The position numbers and the translations under genes are program-made. The notes beneath the pieces were generated by a model. It had not been told where the DNA came from, did no database searches, and saw only the letters and a program-made list of their open reading frames with translations. Shown here in pieces: positions 15,952-20,000 of a stretch of 20,000 nt of DNA; within the stretch, counting starts at the first letter, position 1; every line of letters begins with the position of its first letter. Source of the stretch: an uncultured virus (IMG/VR IMGVR_UViG_3300028844_004234) (taxonomy: Duplodnaviria > Heunggongvirae > Uroviricota > Caudoviricetes); the IMG/VR virus record IMGVR_UViG_3300028844_004234. One strand, written 5' to 3'.

Positions 15952-15975
15952 ATCACTCAGCGGTTTGGTTGTAAA
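15947..15975 (-). promoter_or_regulatory. Sigma70-like promoter for rIIA
   Basis: TTTACA (15975-15970), 17 nt, extended -10 TGa-TATCAT (15952-15947). Confidence 0.75.
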
Positions 15976-15978
15976 GGA

Positions 15979-17109
15979 TTAAAAGTCGAAAATTTCATCA
16001 TCCATAATGTCATCTTCAACCTGACCAACCCGATAGTTGTTATTCTCAATCTCCTGATTGGCATTCTGAATTGAATCACGGTCGAAGTAGTGATCCATGA
16101 ACGGTAGCGGGTTCTGCTTGGGTTGTTCACCGAACCGTTCAACATCCCATTCAAGCCCCAGTGTCTGATAACACTGAATTGAACTCCATGCAGCATACTC
16201 TTTCAGGAGCGCCTCGTTGAGTCCCAATACCTTGCGTCCTTCGGAGAAGACATATTCCGCCCAGTTATACTCCTGTTGGACGATATCATCAAAGATGGTG
16301 TTGATATCTGCTTTATTCTCCTCGAAGATGGCACCATATTCAGATTCCTTGAACATCGATCCAAAGACAATACCGTCACCCTCGGAGTGGAATGCTTCAT
16401 CGGCTAGAATAGAACCAACAGCTTTTCCGATGCCTTGATAACGGCCACTCTCAACGAGGGCAAATGTACATGCAAAAGAACTCATGAAACTGATCTGCTC
16501 AAGACCATAGAGAGCAGCAACACCCTTCAGGATGATACCCTTAATGATTCGAATTTCTTCTTCATTACGCCCAAACAACCCCAGTGTGTATTCAGCTCCA
16601 ACACGATTGAGAGTTTGGAAGACTTGTGCAATGCTTTTGCAGCGTCCAAACACCTCAAGGTTCTTTTTACCTCGTTCGAGAACATCATTACCGTCTACAA
16701 AGCAATTCCTGATAATCTTTGAATATGTCGCAGCATGCACCGATTCGAAGTAGGTTTGAACCAAGAACCAGTTATGTAGCTCATTATTACTGATGAAAGG
16801 CCCGAACGTTTCAATGATGGAGCGGCTTGCCAGTGAGTCAAGTGCCCATTGCGCAAGCAGGTTCAGAACCATTACATCCCGCTCATATTCCGGTGCTTCA
16901 AGAAGATCTACTCGATCCTGTTCAAACGAGAACTCATCTTCCAGCCAGTAGGCTGACCGTTGCTTCTTATAGATTCGGTCAATCTCTGGGTATGTGATGT
17001 TGATCTCATCAGCGAAACCAAGATCCTCCCCCAGAAACAGTGGGTAGAACCCACTGCTGTTGTTATCATTATCAAAGTTTAAAAGACTTTTTTTCCTTAC
17101 ATTTTGCAT
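15979..17109 (-). CDS. nrdB: Ribonucleotide reductase class Ia beta subunit
   Basis: YWLEDE; ALDS; FESVHAATY (ExxH plus radical Tyr); LEQISF; DEAFH; NQEIENNNY. ATG 17109 preferred over TTG 17118. Confidence 0.95.
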   Translation of the reverse strand: MQNVRKKSLLNFDNDNNSSGFYPLFLGEDLGFADEINITYPEIDRIYKKQRSAYWLEDEFSFEQDRVDLLEAPEYERDVMVLNLLAQWALDSLASRSIIETFGPFISNNELHNWFLVQTYFESVHAATYSKIIRNCFVDGNDVLERGKKNLEVFGRCKSIAQVFQTLNRVGAEYTLGLFGRNEEEIRIIKGIILKGVAALYGLEQISFMSSFACTFALVESGRYQGIGKAVGSILADEAFHSEGDGIVFGSMFKESEYGAIFEENKADINTIFDDIVQQEYNWAEYVFSEGRKVLGLNEALLKEYAAWSSIQCYQTLGLEWDVERFGEQPKQNPLPFMDHYFDRDSIQNANQEIENNNYRVGQVEDDIMDDEIFDF

Positions 17110-19355
17110 TCTTCGCAACCCTCTTCTTCAGTTGTACTTAGATCACCACCAGCGGTCATCATCTCTTTTACTTCCTCACCTGTTTTGAAGTTCTCATAGT
17201 AGAATGTCTTCATACCAAGTTTGGCTGCCAATAGTACGCGCTGTAACAATTTTTTGGAAGATATTTTCTCACCTTCTCCTGTTGTCACTGTATAGAAATC
17301 GGCACTAATCGCCTGTGATGTAAATTTCTGAATCAATGCATATGCCTTAACCAAATCAAGATGATCAATCTGGTAAGCATTCTGGTATTCCAGTGTGTCC
17401 GATTCGGGTGCACGGAAATAGACAAGTCCTTTCCTAGACGCCTTGAAGACTTCTTTCTCGCGGATCGGATACACACCATTGGTACATCCACTGAATACAG
17501 CACTACTCTCTGTTGGCATGTGTGCTTCTAGTACAGAGAACCGAACACCATGTTTCTTGATCTCATTGCGAAGCCCTTCCCAGTCATACCGCAGGCCAAT
17601 TGTCTGGTATTCATCAACCGCCTTGTTATATGTGTCAACCGGAAGCCATGGTCGCTCATCACTGTACTTGGTACGGTGCATGTACTTACATGTACCACGC
17701 TCTTTTGCAAGCCGGACAGATGCCTTGTGCATGAAATATGAATGGCGCTCTGCAATGTAATGAATGTGATTACGACCTTCCATTGTGTCATACCCGAGAC
17801 CTTTACGCGCCATTTCATGTGCCAAATCAACAATACCGACACCAATTGAGCGTCGCCCTTTCGCAGACTTCTCTACGGCTGGGAACGGATAAACACCTCG
17901 TTCGATTGTGTTGTCAATCAGTTTAGCCAGAATGTACGCAGTCTCTTCATAATCTTCGTCATTCTCAATGTTTGTTACGACAATTGCACCCAGATTACAA
18001 AGTGCCACTTCACCATTCGGTTCATCATCTGTACGAAACAGGTCTGATACATCGTCAAATCCCTCAGTCGGCTCGGTGACTTCTTGGCACAGATTTGATT
18101 GGCGAATAGGATCTTTGAATGGTGTGTGTTTGTTGATGTTATCCGAGAACGTCAGATATACACGACCTACGTCACCACGCTGTTTGGCCCAACCCTGAAC
18201 AAAAATTCTCCGAGCGGGTACAAACGTTTTCTTCACGGTACTATTCGCAACACGGTTGTACTCCTCTTCAAATGCCTCTTGGTCACCCGAGTAAGAAAGC
18301 TCCCATAGCTTCGGTGCATAATAACAAGACACGAGCATCCAATCTTCATTTTTTGCTACCTTTCTCAGAAACAGATCACTGAATGCCATGCTGTAATCCA
18401 AATGAGCCAGTCGGTATGTCGGGTCTGTTCTCTGAGACTTCATTGTCAATAGTTTTTCGATCTCTGGATCGAGAACATTGTATGTAACCGTTGCACTACC
18501 ACCACGCACAATCTGAGCATTTGCTTTAACAGCTCGGTCAACATATGCATAGTACGAGTGTTTACCACCATGTGAGATACGACCATTCTTCACAGGATCT
18601 TTCGGTGCCCTTGTTCGTAGCTCAAACCCGATACCAGCCGATTTAGCTGTCATTGTGTAGGCGACATGTGTTGCTGCACCAATCGACTCAACGGTGTCGT
18701 TACCTGCGATCAGACAACAGCTCGGTGCCGGTAATGTAGCAGACCGTTCCAATGCCAGTGTCGGTGTCGGCAGATTCACTTTCATTGCAGACATTTTCTT
18801 ATATGCCAAAATCACATCTCTAAGGCGATTTTCCTCATACCGCATGTTGGACATTGCCAGACCCATAAAAGCCATCTGCGGGCTTTCTAGGCACCGTTCA
18901 AACGATTTCTGAGAGTACTTATCATAGAACTGGCGTAACGTCGCATATGAATACTCAAAATCTTTGATGTGGTCGATTTGGGCTTCCAGTGTGATCAGTT
19001 CCTCGTCGGTATACCCCATGTCATCCCAGAATCCTTCTTCTACCATATAGTGGTAATAATCTTTCAGATGTGGTACGGAGAAGTCGTCGAAGGCTTCTTT
19101 GTAGATGACCCCGAGCATCAGACGAGCAGCCATCTTTGTATGACCGGTTGTTCTACGCTCCACACAGGTCTTGATCAGTGCCTGTTGGATTTCAGATGTT
19201 TTTACACCGTTGTACATTGTTTTGATTGCATCAAATACAATGTCAACCCAAGCAACACCACATGTATCACTGGCCCATTCAGCCCAAATATTGAGCTTTG
19301 TCGGGTCAAATTCTTCTTTACTTCCGTCTCGTTTAATAACATATTCAATCATCAA
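17097..19355 (-). CDS. nrdA: Ribonucleotide reductase class Ia alpha subunit with ATP cone
   Basis: VIKRDGSKEEFD ATP cone; ESPQ; LPTP; SCC; RGG; SNLCQE; ALCNL; MPTESS; KTFYY; terminal CEEC. Confidence 0.96.
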   Translation of the reverse strand: MMIEYVIKRDGSKEEFDPTKLNIWAEWASDTCGVAWVDIVFDAIKTMYNGVKTSEIQQALIKTCVERRTTGHTKMAARLMLGVIYKEAFDDFSVPHLKDYYHYMVEEGFWDDMGYTDEELITLEAQIDHIKDFEYSYATLRQFYDKYSQKSFERCLESPQMAFMGLAMSNMRYEENRLRDVILAYKKMSAMKVNLPTPTLALERSATLPAPSCCLIAGNDTVESIGAATHVAYTMTAKSAGIGFELRTRAPKDPVKNGRISHGGKHSYYAYVDRAVKANAQIVRGGSATVTYNVLDPEIEKLLTMKSQRTDPTYRLAHLDYSMAFSDLFLRKVAKNEDWMLVSCYYAPKLWELSYSGDQEAFEEEYNRVANSTVKKTFVPARRIFVQGWAKQRGDVGRVYLTFSDNINKHTPFKDPIRQSNLCQEVTEPTEGFDDVSDLFRTDDEPNGEVALCNLGAIVVTNIENDEDYEETAYILAKLIDNTIERGVYPFPAVEKSAKGRRSIGVGIVDLAHEMARKGLGYDTMEGRNHIHYIAERHSYFMHKASVRLAKERGTCKYMHRTKYSDERPWLPVDTYNKAVDEYQTIGLRYDWEGLRNEIKKHGVRFSVLEAHMPTESSAVFSGCTNGVYPIREKEVFKASRKGLVYFRAPESDTLEYQNAYQIDHLDLVKAYALIQKFTSQAISADFYTVTTGEGEKISSKKLLQRVLLAAKLGMKTFYYENFKTGEEVKEMMTAGGDLSTTEEEGCEECKM

Positions 19356-19945
19356 TTTTTCCTCATGTACATAATAATTCTCATCCCAACGGTGTCTGTT
19401 GTCCCATCATAAAGTCTAACTTGTACTTGTTGGTCTTTCATCACGGTTTTTGTAAATTTCGTCTCATCATTCAAGTGGTATTGATATGGGTTGAAAAACA
19501 CGCCACCTTCCGGCGGTTCGACAACAACATCAAACTCTGTGATGATAAAAGAATCGAGTTCCCATGCCAACTGGTCAATGAGAGTTGGTCCACCAATAAC
19601 AAAAATGTCATCATGGACGAATGGGTCTTGTTTGTCTGAATAATAGGATGATGCTATTGTCTCTATCATAGCCATATCAAAAGGCAGTACCTCATCTACC
19701 TTTTCGTTTGGAATGTATTTAGACGGATCTCTCGAAACAGCCACGGAGTACCTGTTCGGTAGTTTGTTCGGTAGACTCTCCATGGTGTTAGCACCCATCA
19801 TCACAAAACAATCTTCGGTGACGCCTTTAAAGAATTGAAGGTCTTCTTTACAACGAACAGCAAGGGTGTTGCCAACACCCATGCAGTAGTTCTTAGTGAT
19901 CGAGAAAATTGCAATTTTGTTCAATTTCTTATGCTTCCTTATCAT
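19352..19945 (-). CDS. frd: Dihydrofolate reductase
   Basis: MGVGNTL, EDLQFFK..T, MMGANTMESLP..LPNR and FVIGG motifs; between thyA and nrdA. Confidence 0.92.
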   Translation of the reverse strand: MIRKHKKLNKIAIFSITKNYCMGVGNTLAVRCKEDLQFFKGVTEDCFVMMGANTMESLPNKLPNRYSVAVSRDPSKYIPNEKVDEVLPFDMAMIETIASSYYSDKQDPFVHDDIFVIGGPTLIDQLAWELDSFIITEFDVVVEPPEGGVFFNPYQYHLNDETKFTKTVMKDQQVQVRLYDGTTDTVGMRIIMYMRKN

Positions 19946-20000
19946 ACAGCCATTGGTGGTCTCGGGGTTTCAAACTCTTCGTTATTCACTGTCGGGTATT
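19942..20000 (-). CDS. thyA: 3' end of probable thymidylate synthase (partial)
   Basis: Frame reads ...YPTVNNEEFETPRPPMAV*. Terminal MAV is typical of ThyA/T4 td, and the gene is ATGA-coupled to DHFR. Only 18 codons are visible. Confidence 0.6.
   Translation of the reverse strand, partial: YPTVNNEEFETPRPPMAV

Noticed and set aside
16360..16760. Metal-free class Ie or class Ic NrdB
   Set aside because: All Asp/Glu/His metal ligands and the radical Tyr appear to be present.
15979..19355. Introns, inteins or homing endonucleases in nrdA/nrdB
   Set aside because: Both ORFs are continuous and of normal length, with motifs in the expected order.
1..20000. tRNA/rRNA genes or stop-codon reassignment
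   Set aside because: Intergenic gaps are short with no cloverleaf seen. TAA, TAG and TGA all end genes at their expected lengths.

Overview
A 20-kb segment of a large lytic myovirus distantly related to T4-like phages, using the standard genetic code. The left arm (1-6518) holds a probable gp45-like sliding clamp, gp32-like SSB, GH108 lysozyme, gp4 head-completion nuclease, gp54/tail-tube-like and gp15-like tail proteins, a possible virion protein, and gp14/gp13-like neck proteins. Several of these are preceded by TAAATA late-promoter cores. The right arm (6496-20000) is all minus strand: thyA 3' end, DHFR, nrdA, nrdB, rIIA, an ORF, rIIB, a Prs-like plus Nampt-like pair matching the NARP1 NAD+ reconstitution (anti-defence) pathway, a pentapeptide-repeat protein, a Zn-finger protein, a macrodomain protein and small tightly coupled ORFs. 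The main unexplained structure is that all four sigma70-like promoters found on the right arm overlap inverted repeats. Two coincide with terminators, and one looks like a switch that hides the rIIA ribosome-binding site in read-through RNA. All functional calls come from motif recognition by eye; no searches were run.
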